This document shows, piece after piece, positions 1 to 10,575 of a stretch of 64,000 nt of DNA. The position numbers and the translations under genes were made by a program. The DNA is from a virus. The stretch is from positions 14,879 to 78,878 of the IMG/VR virus record IMGVR_UViG_3300044568_003163; one strand, written 5' to 3'. The notes beneath the pieces were generated by a model. That model was not told the origin of the DNA. It saw only the letters and a list, made by a program, of their open reading frames with translations, and did not search any database. Numbering within the stretch: position 1 is the stretch's first letter; every line of letters begins with the position of its first letter.

Positions 1-240
1 TCTAGCCCAACCATATATAGATCTTTGTTTCGTTGCTGTGTAAATATTTAACTCTACTAAAGAATCTTCTATATAGTAAAATATCAATTGTCCAAATTCT
101 TGGATTACTGCAATAATTTGACCAAATGGCGAAGATTTCGATAACACTGAGCCTGCTTGATTGTATGTATCAATCAACCAATTTCTGATCTTTAATTGTA
201 TATCATTAAAGGATATTTTATTTGTTTCTAAAAATTTCAT
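1..240 (-). CDS. partial CDS (N-terminus only; continues past window start); possibly baseplate wedge gpJ/gp6-like
   Basis: Minus-strand ATG at 240, 13 nt after stop of gp25-like gene; open frame MKFLETNKISFNDIQLKIRNW... runs off the window edge; synteny with W-J order of P2/T4-type baseplate operons. Confidence 0.4.
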   Translation of the reverse strand, partial: MKFLETNKISFNDIQLKIRNWLIDTYNQAGSVLSKSSPFGQIIAVIQEFGQLIFYYIEDSLVELNIYTATKQRSIYGWAR

Positions 241-253
241 TGTTTGTTTTTCT

Positions 254-625
254 TTATGGTTCGACTGCGTAACCAGCAACTTTTGTTCCGTCTATTAATA
301 TGTCTAAAATTATAGTGTCCCATACTTCTCCTTTTAAGAAGTTAACGTCGACATCTAAATTAATGCCTTTAAATGTTTCTTGATCGATATATTTTAAAAA
401 CTGAGTCATCGCATCTTGTTTAATATGCGAAGATCCTTTTGATGTCGACCAAATATATGCATCTAAAGATAATCCAAAATCAGGATCGCCTAAAACACTC
501 CCTTTAGGAGTAGTCAAAATCATTTCTACTTCCTGCAAAAACATTTCCATTCGATTATTAGTTTCAATTTCATCGGCATCATAATAAGGATATGTGTCCA
601 TTTTGAAATATAGGTCTATAGCCAT
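254..625 (-). CDS. baseplate wedge protein, gp25/GPW family
   Basis: 123 aa; motif TPKGSVLGDPDFGLSL matches T4 gp25 TRKGSRPFDPEFGCDL (recalled); size typical of gp25/gpW. Confidence 0.75.
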   Translation of the reverse strand: MAIDLYFKMDTYPYYDADEIETNNRMEMFLQEVEMILTTPKGSVLGDPDFGLSLDAYIWSTSKGSSHIKQDAMTQFLKYIDQETFKGINLDVDVNFLKGEVWDTIILDILIDGTKVAGYAVEP

Positions 626-641
626 ATTAGTAGTTTATTTA

Positions 642-1388
642 TTAAGAACCTCCAGAAGTAAAGAAAAAATCCATTCCTTCTTCTTCTTTTACTTCAGTTT
701 CGATTTTTTCGATTTCTTCTTTACCTTCGTCTCGAATCAAATCATAATTAATTTTAATTCCACCGGGTAAATTGAAGTCGAAAGTTCCAAGAATACGAGA
801 AAGTTGAACTTTACATTTAGCAACTACATATCGGTAGAATATTTCGTCGTTCATCAAATGTTCTAAAGGTATTTTTGCGTAGCACATTGCAACACAATCT
901 CTATTAGGAGTTTCTCCACCAATAAATAGTCTATGCGAGTTTCTATTGTAATTAAAACTAATAGTGTGATTAATTATGTGTGATGCAACATCCATCCAAT
1001 ACATATTTAATGTATAGTACATTAAGTTTTCAGTACCTTGTCCTAATGATACAGAATCAGAAAGAAACAATCTTTCAATACCAAAATCCGCAGTACCATC
1101 AAAAGACATAGATCTAGCAAAATCTTCTTTTAATTTTTTAAGTTGCCAAACCGAAAATACACAATCTGGCATAGTAACAGTTCTATCTGTTTTAAATTGA
1201 GTTTGTTTAAATAACTCAGTCGTAATAAAATAATATCTTTCTTCGACTGCATCTTCGTATTTTTTATAAAACCAATCAGCTGAATATTTTATGATTCTAT
1301 TTATTTCCGGAATAGGAACCGTAAATGGTAATGCACAAGCAACAGAAAGTTCTTGTTGTACGTTTGCTATGAATTCATCGTTCGTCAC
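642..1388 (-). CDS. hypothetical protein (baseplate module)
   Basis: 248-aa ORF, 4-bp overlap with upstream gene, within structural operon. Confidence 0.5.
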   Translation of the reverse strand: MTNDEFIANVQQELSVACALPFTVPIPEINRIIKYSADWFYKKYEDAVEERYYFITTELFKQTQFKTDRTVTMPDCVFSVWQLKKLKEDFARSMSFDGTADFGIERLFLSDSVSLGQGTENLMYYTLNMYWMDVASHIINHTISFNYNRNSHRLFIGGETPNRDCVAMCYAKIPLEHLMNDEIFYRYVVAKCKVQLSRILGTFDFNLPGGIKINYDLIRDEGKEEIEKIETEVKEEEGMDFFFTSGGS

Positions 1389-2749
1389 AGTTGGTTAAAT
1401 TTTTTTGTAGGTATAATGATTTGGTCTCCGGCAACAACATAACCAGATTTTAGTGGCTGATATTGTATAACTTTTGTATCTTTCGATACATCAGCAAATA
1501 AACCTATTTTTCCTTTTTTGAAAATACCTTTAGTCATTTTGCCATTTAGTACTCCATTCATTCCATCGAACTCGCAATCTATTAAATTAGTAGTTCGATT
1601 AGAGAAAGAATTCATTAAATTGCAATTCGTAACAATAGAATCTAGATATACGTTTGATTGTATAATTGTTGCATTAACAATTTTACAGTCGTAGAAATCC
1701 GATCTATGGAAGATACCATTTTCAATTTCACAACTGATAAATTCAAGACCTTCTATTTCTTTACATTTAATTTTTGCATCTCTAATCTGTATTACTGAAA
1801 GTGTTGAATCGTAGTTAATTTCGAATTCGTTATTAGAAAATTGGCAATTAGTAAATATTGTAAAAAGACGATCTCGGAGTATATTGTAATAAGATTCAAG
1901 TACTTTTTGATCTGAAACTAAATCTGCGGTAAATTTAACTTTAGGAAAGTTTTTCTTAAACAGAGCATAGTCTAAATAAGATTGTCTAATCTTTTCTTTT
2001 ACGGAAATAGCCTTTTCAAAAGCCTTAAGATTTTCTTTTGTAAATGATTTATTTATTACGCAATCCCATGAAGTAACAATAAATTGATTGATAGTATCTA
2101 GAACAAGACCTACTTTAGATTGATAACCGGAACCTCCAATATATTGCATTCTCAAAAATCCTTGATTAAGGGTTTCGAAATTAATGCCACAATTTTGAGT
2201 AGATGGAATATCATAAACTCTTGGATCTACGGCTTCTGCCTCTCTCGGTATAAATTTTTGGGTTGGTTCGAATCTTATTATTGATTGCGAATTAAACGAA
2301 TCCTTCCTAGAAGGAAACGCTTTATAGACTTTCTCTTCGTCAAACTCTAATATAAATTTAAGTTTGTCAATATTGTCTATTTTTGTAGCAGTTGAAAAAA
2401 GAGTTCCTTTAAAAGGTCCTTTCTCTTCGTCTAAAAATTTTAGATCTACGAAGAAATTGTCGTTTCTTCCAGTAGAACCATTTCGTTCAATCCATTTTAA
2501 TAAATCGATAGTAATTAATCTAGCATCTCTACATAACATAAAGCTAGTAGAAAAATGATACACACCATCTTCTGATCTTTTTAATTGGAAATTATACGAA
2601 GAAGCTTCATTTGGAGAAATCTTCGTCTTAAGTAATTTAGACAATTCGGAAACTGCTGATTTAGGCTCTTTAGTAGATTCAAAATCAGCAGTTATGCGAA
2701 TTAAAGATTTTTCAAATAAAGCTGTTAAATTGTAGGAGTTGAAATTCAT
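1385..2749 (-). CDS. hypothetical structural protein with C-terminal repetitive beta-helix-like segment
   Basis: 454-aa ORF; C-terminal short hydrophobic-polar repeats (CEIENGIFHRSDFYDCKIVNATIIQSNVYLDSIVTNCNLMNSF); location in baseplate operon. Confidence 0.5.
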   Translation of the reverse strand: MNFNSYNLTALFEKSLIRITADFESTKEPKSAVSELSKLLKTKISPNEASSYNFQLKRSEDGVYHFSTSFMLCRDARLITIDLLKWIERNGSTGRNDNFFVDLKFLDEEKGPFKGTLFSTATKIDNIDKLKFILEFDEEKVYKAFPSRKDSFNSQSIIRFEPTQKFIPREAEAVDPRVYDIPSTQNCGINFETLNQGFLRMQYIGGSGYQSKVGLVLDTINQFIVTSWDCVINKSFTKENLKAFEKAISVKEKIRQSYLDYALFKKNFPKVKFTADLVSDQKVLESYYNILRDRLFTIFTNCQFSNNEFEINYDSTLSVIQIRDAKIKCKEIEGLEFISCEIENGIFHRSDFYDCKIVNATIIQSNVYLDSIVTNCNLMNSFSNRTTNLIDCEFDGMNGVLNGKMTKGIFKKGKIGLFADVSKDTKVIQYQPLKSGYVVAGDQIIIPTKKFNQL

Positions 2750-2782
2750 CTATAGCTTTCTTTTATTATATATTCCAGAAGG

Positions 2783-3946
2783 CTACATAGCAAAATCAAC
2801 TTTTTTAGATTCTTTATCGATTCTAGTTATTTTAACGTCAATTTCTTGACCTACTTCTAATTCAATATCTTCTCTTAAATAAGTTTTGTGAAGTAGACCA
2901 ACTATTTTAGGTTCAATCTCTACGAAAGCACCATATCTAACGATCTTTTTAACTCTACCTGTAACTGTTGATGGAACTTTATATCTATCTTCGATATCGT
3001 CCCAAGCAGATGGTTGAACTTCAATAACTTTCTGTGAAAGTACAATTTTATCGTTATCAATAATTTCTTTGATGTAGAATTCAATTGCATCACCTGGTTT
3101 AATTTTTTGAGCATCGAAATTATCAACATTTTCAGGAAGAATATCGTTTCTACCAATAAGACCAGTTAAGCAACCGTTGAATTCCGCAAATATACCATGA
3201 CGTGAACATCCAGTTACAAATCCTTTGTATAAAATACCCATTTGTAACTCTGATATCGTTTGTGGTACTAAAGCCTTTAGATATTCTCTATGAGATACAA
3301 CAATATAATCTTTCTCTTTTGAGTAGTTTATAGCAGTAACATAAAGAGATTTACCAATAAGGGCATCAAAATCGATTAATTTGTTCATTCCACCAAGAGA
3401 ACCTGGCATGAAACATTGAACTCCGGCGATATTTACAAAATAACCTCCATGGATTAATTCAGTCACAATTCCAAGATAAGCCATTGGTTTTCCTATTGCA
3501 TCTAATAACTCATCACGTTTCTTCGAGATAATGTTCTTAGAATAAGAAGCTTGAATGTTATAAACTGAATTAGTGTGGGTTGTACCAACTCGATCAATAA
3601 TTACTTCAATAGGAAATCCTACTTGAATGTATTTAAGGTATTCTGGATTTTCTTTTCTTAGCTCGATCATTGCATCTTCTCTCCAATTGATGTCAATAAT
3701 TGCATGATCTGCATTAATAGAAACTACTGTTCCTTGTACTACTGAACCAGTTTTAGGTTCAACGAAATTAGTAAGAGAACCTTCATAAAGCTCGTATAAT
3801 TCTTGAGCATAAGGTGCTGAACAATAAATTTTAGAAGAATCTCCTGTATGTTTTTTGATTCGTTTATTTATTGTAAGTTTTGTAGGATTTTCAGATTCAA
3901 AAGAATCCCAATCAAATTCGCCATTTGGCGTTTTTAGTTCTTGCAT
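2783..3946 (-). CDS. S1 RNA-binding domain protein with four S1 repeats (ribosomal protein bS1 homolog)
   Basis: 387 aa; four ~75-aa repeats with S1 signature G-V-G-V--I---GAFV-I--G--GLLH/GLI (e.g. VTGRVKKIVRYGAFVEIEPKIVGLLHKTYL...VGQEIDVKITRIDKESKKVDF). Confidence 0.7.
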   Translation of the reverse strand: MQELKTPNGEFDWDSFESENPTKLTINKRIKKHTGDSSKIYCSAPYAQELYELYEGSLTNFVEPKTGSVVQGTVVSINADHAIIDINWREDAMIELRKENPEYLKYIQVGFPIEVIIDRVGTTHTNSVYNIQASYSKNIISKKRDELLDAIGKPMAYLGIVTELIHGGYFVNIAGVQCFMPGSLGGMNKLIDFDALIGKSLYVTAINYSKEKDYIVVSHREYLKALVPQTISELQMGILYKGFVTGCSRHGIFAEFNGCLTGLIGRNDILPENVDNFDAQKIKPGDAIEFYIKEIIDNDKIVLSQKVIEVQPSAWDDIEDRYKVPSTVTGRVKKIVRYGAFVEIEPKIVGLLHKTYLREDIELEVGQEIDVKITRIDKESKKVDFAM

Positions 3947-4005
3947 TTTTTAAATGTTAGAAGGTTAAAGATTATTGTAGTATTTTATTATATATCCAAG
4001 GCATC

Positions 4006-4419
4006 TTATGAAATTTTGGCCTTAGGTGAATCTTCAGTAGATTCTCCGGTGTATTCAGTCGAATTTATTTGACTTGCTATGTCTGAAGCAGTAAGAACTG
4101 CAGCTGCTGGAGTAGCAGTAGCAGTAGTATCTGTGGCTGGAGTCGGAGCAGATGGACCTTCAGCAGCAACAGAATTAGCGTTTACTCCTACTTTGATTCC
4201 TTGTGGAATCACGATATCTGCTGATTTTATATAAGCATCAATTGCATCGGCTACTTGATTAGCAAATACTGTAGCTGCTTGTTCTATTGCAACTGGTTGA
4301 GGCTTTTCTACGGGATTTTCGGAAGCCGCATTATTATCTAAAACTGCGATAAATGTTTTCCATCCATCAGCATAAGCTTTTTGAATTTGTTGATTGAACG
4401 TTGGTTTGTCTAATGCCAT
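4006..4419 (-). CDS. hypothetical protein, Ala/Thr/Pro-rich C-terminus (possible spike-associated)
   Basis: 137-aa ORF start overlapping stop of spike gene (ATGA); low-complexity PTPATDTTATATPAAA tail. Confidence 0.45.
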   Translation of the reverse strand: MALDKPTFNQQIQKAYADGWKTFIAVLDNNAASENPVEKPQPVAIEQAATVFANQVADAIDAYIKSADIVIPQGIKVGVNANSVAAEGPSAPTPATDTTATATPAAAVLTASDIASQINSTEYTGESTEDSPKAKIS

Positions 4420-5288
4420 TATAAAGTTTTTACGGATTTTTGTGATAATTCTCCTGGAGTCATTTTTTGATTAGGAGGAGATGTAGGAGAACCTAAGTTA
4501 CCTGTATGTGTATGCTTATTAAAGAGTGCCATAAATTTTTCACCTAAAACTAAACTTTGAGCAGCACCAGCACCTAATGATATAGATGATGCATGATTGA
4601 TCGTAACAGAAGCTCCAGATTTAATGGTTATAGCTCCACCGGATTCGATATCGGTAGTGGCAGATGTCTTCACTAAAGTTTTACCGGAAGTAGTAACTGT
4701 AGTATCTCCGGTTATTGTAACATTCAATTTAGCATCGCCAATTATATTGATGTTATTTTTATGATAGATGTTCATTGTACCATCATCTAACATTTCTACG
4801 ATACTTTTTCGCGAATCCGTATGTAAAATGATAGATTTATCCGGTCGTATATTAATTTGACTATTCTTATAATCTAACATCAATCCTTTTTGTTCAGTAA
4901 AGTAAACCTTTACAAATCCTTCGGTTATCGTGTCGTAAAGTAAAGAGTGAGCATTTGTATATGAGCCTTTGATTTCGTCTCGAAGTTGATCTGATATATT
5001 CTGTAAGAAAAAATACTCAGGATGTCCAGTATTTCCACAATCAAATTTAATAGAAACTAAAGAACCTACTTTAGGTACAGAATAAAAACCACCACCAGTA
5101 TCTGATCCACCAGTATGATTATTTCCTGGATATGCCCACGGTATATCGGCAGTTGGAATTTCATCAAATTTCCCAAAAACTTTAACTTTAATTCGACCCA
5201 TTTTCTGTGGATCTGCCACATCCATAACTTCTCCTAACCACGTAGTAGATAGTAAGTCATCAGCGTATGCATTTTGGTCATTTATCAT
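4419..5288 (-). CDS. baseplate central spike protein (gp5/gpV/VgrG-like OB-fold N-terminus)
   Basis: 289 aa; N-terminal WLGEVMDVADPQKMGRIKVKVFGKFDEIPTADIPWAYP resembles gpV/gp5 OB-fold motif (V-D--DP---GR-KVR-P-------PWA-P); C-terminal Thr/Gly/Ser-rich beta-strand repeats. Confidence 0.7.
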   Translation of the reverse strand: MINDQNAYADDLLSTTWLGEVMDVADPQKMGRIKVKVFGKFDEIPTADIPWAYPGNNHTGGSDTGGGFYSVPKVGSLVSIKFDCGNTGHPEYFFLQNISDQLRDEIKGSYTNAHSLLYDTITEGFVKVYFTEQKGLMLDYKNSQINIRPDKSIILHTDSRKSIVEMLDDGTMNIYHKNNINIIGDAKLNVTITGDTTVTTSGKTLVKTSATTDIESGGAITIKSGASVTINHASSISLGAGAAQSLVLGEKFMALFNKHTHTGNLGSPTSPPNQKMTPGELSQKSVKTL

Positions 5289-5321
5289 ATCTTATTATAT
5301 GAGGTTTAAATTGTTTTGTTT

Positions 5322-6722
5322 TTATCCGTAAATATTACCTAAACTTGCTCTATCATCTGTATCATTTCGTAAAGATTTACTAGGTCCGGAATTTAATATA
5401 GCAGAAGCAGCATTGACTATTGCCGTTGGATCTCCGGTTAATGCTCCAGCGGCTAAACCTCCAGCAGTAGTAGCAGAAAATCCATATATGTTACCCATTA
5501 ATAATTTACCAATTGATGAACTAATAAGTCTTTCTATTTTATCAGCGGCTAAAGAAGCAAAAGGCAATATTGCGTTATATTTTGGATTTAATACTGAAGA
5601 TAATCCATAAGACATTTTAGTTGGATCGTCTCCGCTTTGTAATTGTCCAAAGGTCGATGTATTATCTTTACCACTAGCTTGAGACGATGATAGAGATGCA
5701 TTATCTACTGCAGCACCATCTAATAGGTTTATAATTGTATCTTGTATAAATTGATCGTTCGAATAAATGTTGTATAAATTTACTTCTTCTACCGATTTAT
5801 AATTAAATACTATTTTTTGAGTAGCTTCTGCATCAGCTGAAGCAGAAGATATTTTAGTAAGATGAACGTTAGATTCGTCAGGTAGCCATTCACAGCTATC
5901 AAATTTGAATAAAAATCTATTGATATATGGATTTATTGTATTTGCAGATTCGTTACCGTCGGATGGTGAGATTGCATCTTTAATACCTTTAATAGGATCT
6001 TTTTTAAATTCCTGAATTTTATCTTTTATTTGACTTGTTGGTGATTTTTTAGAATCATTACCATACGGATCCTTACCTAAAAGTGTTTCATTTTGTTTTT
6101 GTTGTTCTGCATTAATATCAGGAATACCTGCCATCCTAGAAAGATCTAATAATCCACTAGGAGAAGGTTTTCCTTCTCTATTGATAGTTCTAAGTTCATA
6201 TACGTAAATATAAACAGTAAAAGTTCGTAAATTATAAGGAACAATTTCTCTACGATATTGATAATCAAAACACGATTTTCTATAAAGGTCCATCAACGCC
6301 GACATTCTTAAGTCAATAGATTCTAAACAATCGATTGATATTTTTCTATCTTCTGGAAGTTTAGATATAAACTCCTCTTCATGAAATCCTCTTTTCCATG
6401 CATCAGCTAACCCATCGATTGATTGAAAGAACCACGGAGTTGTTTTATTTATTAATTCTAAATGAGATACAAATTTCTTAAGATATTTAGCTCTCGCTAA
6501 ATCTCCAATATTATTGAGATAATTTAACGCGGTATTAGGCATTTCATCATTATAACATAATAATTTACCTTCTGGTTGATTAAAAAAGAAAAGTAATTTA
6601 AACCCAAGATATGTTGGATCTTGATAAAGCAAATATGGGTTCGTTGCAAAATGAAGATTAGTCTTTTTAAATTTATTAAGACCAGGATCTGTATATTTTG
6701 AACTTTTTAACGATAATGGCAT
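5322..6722 (-). CDS. hypothetical protein; putative baseplate hub (position of gp27-like gene upstream of spike)
   Basis: 466-aa ORF immediately upstream of spike gene; no motif recognised. Confidence 0.4.
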   Translation of the reverse strand: MPLSLKSSKYTDPGLNKFKKTNLHFATNPYLLYQDPTYLGFKLLFFFNQPEGKLLCYNDEMPNTALNYLNNIGDLARAKYLKKFVSHLELINKTTPWFFQSIDGLADAWKRGFHEEEFISKLPEDRKISIDCLESIDLRMSALMDLYRKSCFDYQYRREIVPYNLRTFTVYIYVYELRTINREGKPSPSGLLDLSRMAGIPDINAEQQKQNETLLGKDPYGNDSKKSPTSQIKDKIQEFKKDPIKGIKDAISPSDGNESANTINPYINRFLFKFDSCEWLPDESNVHLTKISSASADAEATQKIVFNYKSVEEVNLYNIYSNDQFIQDTIINLLDGAAVDNASLSSSQASGKDNTSTFGQLQSGDDPTKMSYGLSSVLNPKYNAILPFASLAADKIERLISSSIGKLLMGNIYGFSATTAGGLAAGALTGDPTAIVNAASAILNSGPSKSLRNDTDDRASLGNIYG

Positions 6723-8284
6723 TAGTAGTTTTTATTTTTAGAAGGGATATTCCATTCTCTTCTTATTAAATTCAATTTCATCTTCACTGGTCCAGGTGAT
6801 GAATAAGTATATTTTATAGTGTTGATAACGTAATATCCACTAATATGTTCGTTCTTAATCTGATCTCTAGGATCCGTGCCAGATTTTTCTTTTGTAGTAG
6901 GGTCGGCATCTCCTGAACCACTTTCACTACTTCTTCCTCCAGTAGCATCTGCACTAGGATCAGGTGCTTTATCATATCCACCATCTTCTCCTAAAGCAGT
7001 ATCTCGATCTTTCATTTTTTCCATTCTAGTAGGATCCTTAGCAGAACCTTCATATATCAAAATAGGAATTCTCATATATCGATACAAATAGAAATTCATA
7101 CCAGCTAATTCAACATCGATACTAGTTTTATTAATTTCTTGTAGATTTTGGAAATTAAGTAAACCAGAAAATATATAGCTAGGATGTACGTTATCTGCCG
7201 ATTGCTTTCCTAACCACTTATATTTTACTTGGGATTTATAAGAATCATCACCCTTACGTCCTTTAGGTAGTATTGATTCTGTTTCTGATCCAGGAGTAGT
7301 TAAAGGATCTACAAACGTACTAATATATTCTGGTTTACCGGCACTGTCAATATCTAAGTATTGAGAATATCTCTTATATCCATTTTTAATCCAAACAGCA
7401 GCACTATTATTATTTGGTGCCCAATTTTCAATAAATACATTAGTTCCTGTTCTATCAGCTCTATTTGTTAGTACTAATGTACCTTTAATAGAATCCTTTA
7501 CGTCTTGTTGATTATATCCACCACTGGCAGGAGATGCCATACTTATATTAACGGTCTCAGTTTTATCTTCTAAATCAAATTGCTTATTGACATTAACTAA
7601 ACATAAATAATAATATGGGTCAATATACCAAGTAAAAAATGAATCATCATCTTTATAAACATTACATAAAGTGTCTTTTACGAAATGTTCGTATGTATCA
7701 AATGCACATATACGAGTCATTGAATCATCGGTTGAAGTTTCATTAGATGCAAAACCTAATTTAACGTCTTCGCATACCGTTTGTAATTGATCGAATGAAT
7801 TAGCGCTAGGAAATGATTTGCATCTTTCTGCTAAAAATCCTGGTATTTTCATTATACCTCTAAAAGAATATGATTGAGTTGCAGGACTACCGGAAATATC
7901 CATTATATCAAAATCTATTCTTATAGGTTTTTGATTATCTTCATCTGGTGGTTTTAAATATAAAGATATAACATCTCCATCAGTAGGAGCATCTAAAGAT
8001 AATTTACCTTCACTGTCATTAATTGCTAAGTCAAGAGTAGGTATATGGCTAGTCAAATCTAACGCCATATTAGTTATTTGGTCTTGATCGAATCGTGAAG
8101 AATTTACCATAATCAAAGGCATATAAGCACCCCATCTCGAAGTATTCTTCGTATTTACTGCTGGATCGATGGTTTCGGCAGCTTCGTCTCTGGCTTCTTT
8201 TGATTCTGTGTCTTGTTGAGTAATCAGATCGACTTTAATCTTTGGATCTATTATTGATACAATACTTCTTGATATAGTACTCAT
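6722..8284 (-). CDS. hypothetical structural protein
   Basis: 520-aa ORF, overlapping stop/start (ATGA) with neighbours, structural operon. Confidence 0.5.
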   Translation of the reverse strand: MSTISRSIVSIIDPKIKVDLITQQDTESKEARDEAAETIDPAVNTKNTSRWGAYMPLIMVNSSRFDQDQITNMALDLTSHIPTLDLAINDSEGKLSLDAPTDGDVISLYLKPPDEDNQKPIRIDFDIMDISGSPATQSYSFRGIMKIPGFLAERCKSFPSANSFDQLQTVCEDVKLGFASNETSTDDSMTRICAFDTYEHFVKDTLCNVYKDDDSFFTWYIDPYYYLCLVNVNKQFDLEDKTETVNISMASPASGGYNQQDVKDSIKGTLVLTNRADRTGTNVFIENWAPNNNSAAVWIKNGYKRYSQYLDIDSAGKPEYISTFVDPLTTPGSETESILPKGRKGDDSYKSQVKYKWLGKQSADNVHPSYIFSGLLNFQNLQEINKTSIDVELAGMNFYLYRYMRIPILIYEGSAKDPTRMEKMKDRDTALGEDGGYDKAPDPSADATGGRSSESGSGDADPTTKEKSGTDPRDQIKNEHISGYYVINTIKYTYSSPGPVKMKLNLIRREWNIPSKNKNY

Positions 8285-8841
8285 TAATTAGTTGTTTGAG
8301 TGAATTTTCCAGTTGATGACATCGAAGGAGCAAATAAGATATTCTCTCCGTCTGTTTTATATGGTACTTCTCCATTTCTAAGGAGATTTGTTGGTTTTAT
8401 TTCGGTTGCTCCATTAACTCTTTTATTTGCTATTTTTTGCAATTGAGCTATTCTAGCAATATCTTTCTGGCTAGCCTTAGTTGGATCTAAAAATAAAGCT
8501 TTTGTATCTATTATTGCCTGTGTTTGCGTTAGTTTTTCTTGTCGATAAAATTTAAGACCAGAAGCTAAAGTAGGAATTACTATAAAATCATATAATTCCA
8601 TAGAAAATGGATTAGATATTTGATTAAATTTTAAAATCATATCCACATAATCAATCGAATTATATGAATCATAAGAAATTAAATCCGGTCTACATATATG
8701 TCGATCTTCAATTAACATAACCTTAGCAATCTGTAAATTAGGATCAGAATAAGATATTTTAAAATTGTTCTCAAGAAAATCCATCACCATGATTCCCTCT
8801 CGTTTCATTTCAGATTTTAAGTCAAATAAGTGAATTTGCAT
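8284..8841 (-). CDS. hypothetical protein
   Basis: 185-aa ORF tightly packed in operon. Confidence 0.5.
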   Translation of the reverse strand: MQIHLFDLKSEMKREGIMVMDFLENNFKISYSDPNLQIAKVMLIEDRHICRPDLISYDSYNSIDYVDMILKFNQISNPFSMELYDFIVIPTLASGLKFYRQEKLTQTQAIIDTKALFLDPTKASQKDIARIAQLQKIANKRVNGATEIKPTNLLRNGEVPYKTDGENILFAPSMSSTGKFTQTTN

Positions 8842-8844
8842 TTG

Positions 8845-10548
8845 TTATCTTATTGTTTTTGCTGATTGGGTAACCTGTTCTGGTGTGTGATTAGGGAATC
8901 TAGAAGTAACAAAATCATGAGGTATTTGACTAAAATCTTGAGTTTTGAGCGAATCTGCTTTAGATTGACCTCTAGGCGTTACACCACCATTCTGTCCGCC
9001 ATTTCTTCTATTACCTGCATATTTAGTTTCTTGTGAAGGAGAAGTCAAATAAGTTCTACCGTTTCTAGAAAACATACCTAATATTTCAGTTCTATCTCTA
9101 GGTCTTGCTGGTGCTAATTTACATGTTACTCTTACCTTTGAAGGAAAATCGTCAAAACCTAAAGCTCCATATACCTCTACGTCAGTTTCAGTCAATACTA
9201 AGTTACCAATAGATATTATTGGATTTGCTGGGTTTCCTACCATTAGGTGCCATTCTCCAGTAGATTCTCCGGAAAGTAAAGCATTAAGTGCTTGTACACC
9301 AGGTCTACCCATTTTATCTAAAGCTCCACCTGCTATCTGAGACATTAAATTACCTCCCATAGTTTTTGCAGCATTCTTAATTCCTTCCCATGATAAACCT
9401 TTACCTCCAGAAAGACCGTTAAGTTTTCCAGAAATACCAGAAACTAGAGAATCAAAATATCCACTATAATCACCAGCTGCTAATTTATCCGGATCACCAA
9501 TAGGCTTCATTTGACGAGGATTTCCTCCATAATACCTAACATCACCTCCCCAGAAAGTACCTCTATTCATCGTACATATCATTATATTTGATAGTAAATC
9601 TAACATAGCAACTCTAGGATTTACTCCATCGATACTTCTAAGTTCATATTCAAATACGACTGTCATATCTTGCTTAAATTCTAGCCCAGTATCTCTAATT
9701 TGCATAGTTTTGATAACATCGATAGGACCAAATACTACATTTTCATTTTCGTATGGATTGAAACTATTAGTTGCAGGATTATTTGTTCGAGCAGCAGTTG
9801 ATGCAGCGGTATCTGTAATAGACATTAAAGATTTAATCAATCCACCACCTGGAAGTCCTTCCATTGCACCGGCCTCATTACCGTATCCAGGCTGAGATTC
9901 TTTAGTTTGTAATTCTGCAGTTAATTGCTTAAAATTTAATTTATGATTCCATTTAAGACCTACACTTTCCCATTTATTAGTATCTCCATCTACCCACGTA
10001 ATTAAACGTGCTATATCCGGATTCATATTCTTTTCTTTTGAAAATAAATCATCTTCAGGAGGCAGTTTAAATCTTCTAAGAGTTACCATATAATTATTAG
10101 GAACTCTACCATAATTTCTACACCAAAGGAAATCTTCCCATGCATATTCAACCGCATTAGATTTTCCTTCTCTACTCCAAGCTATAATATTCGAAGACGT
10201 AGGATTAGTTCGTAATTTTTGTAATGCTTCATCCTTAATACGGTTTGGTGAGTCTAAATAATCTTCTGGAGCGATAGCTACGGAATTCTGTTGATTAACA
10301 AAGAAAATCGAGTATCTGTTAAAAATAGCAGGCTTTCCTTTTTTATCGTAAGTTAGGTATTTTTTACCTGTACCTTTACCGTCTTTACCCTTTATTTCTA
10401 CACTAGATGGACCAGGAAAATCTTGGTCTTCAGTAGTGTAATATGTACCAATTCTCATTCCAGTGTTTGGCGGTTTTGGTGGTTCGTTTTCTGGACCGAT
10501 AGCATTATTGGTATTGCCTGACAGAATTGACGGTATGGGTGCAGCCAT
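8845..10548 (-). CDS. hypothetical structural protein (Gly-rich)
   Basis: 567-aa ORF; Gly/Asn-rich segments; structural operon context. Confidence 0.5.
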   Translation of the reverse strand: MAAPIPSILSGNTNNAIGPENEPPKPPNTGMRIGTYYTTEDQDFPGPSSVEIKGKDGKGTGKKYLTYDKKGKPAIFNRYSIFFVNQQNSVAIAPEDYLDSPNRIKDEALQKLRTNPTSSNIIAWSREGKSNAVEYAWEDFLWCRNYGRVPNNYMVTLRRFKLPPEDDLFSKEKNMNPDIARLITWVDGDTNKWESVGLKWNHKLNFKQLTAELQTKESQPGYGNEAGAMEGLPGGGLIKSLMSITDTAASTAARTNNPATNSFNPYENENVVFGPIDVIKTMQIRDTGLEFKQDMTVVFEYELRSIDGVNPRVAMLDLLSNIMICTMNRGTFWGGDVRYYGGNPRQMKPIGDPDKLAAGDYSGYFDSLVSGISGKLNGLSGGKGLSWEGIKNAAKTMGGNLMSQIAGGALDKMGRPGVQALNALLSGESTGEWHLMVGNPANPIISIGNLVLTETDVEVYGALGFDDFPSKVRVTCKLAPARPRDRTEILGMFSRNGRTYLTSPSQETKYAGNRRNGGQNGGVTPRGQSKADSLKTQDFSQIPHDFVTSRFPNHTPEQVTQSAKTIR

Positions 10549-10575
10549 GGTATAAAAGACTATTTTATTATATAT

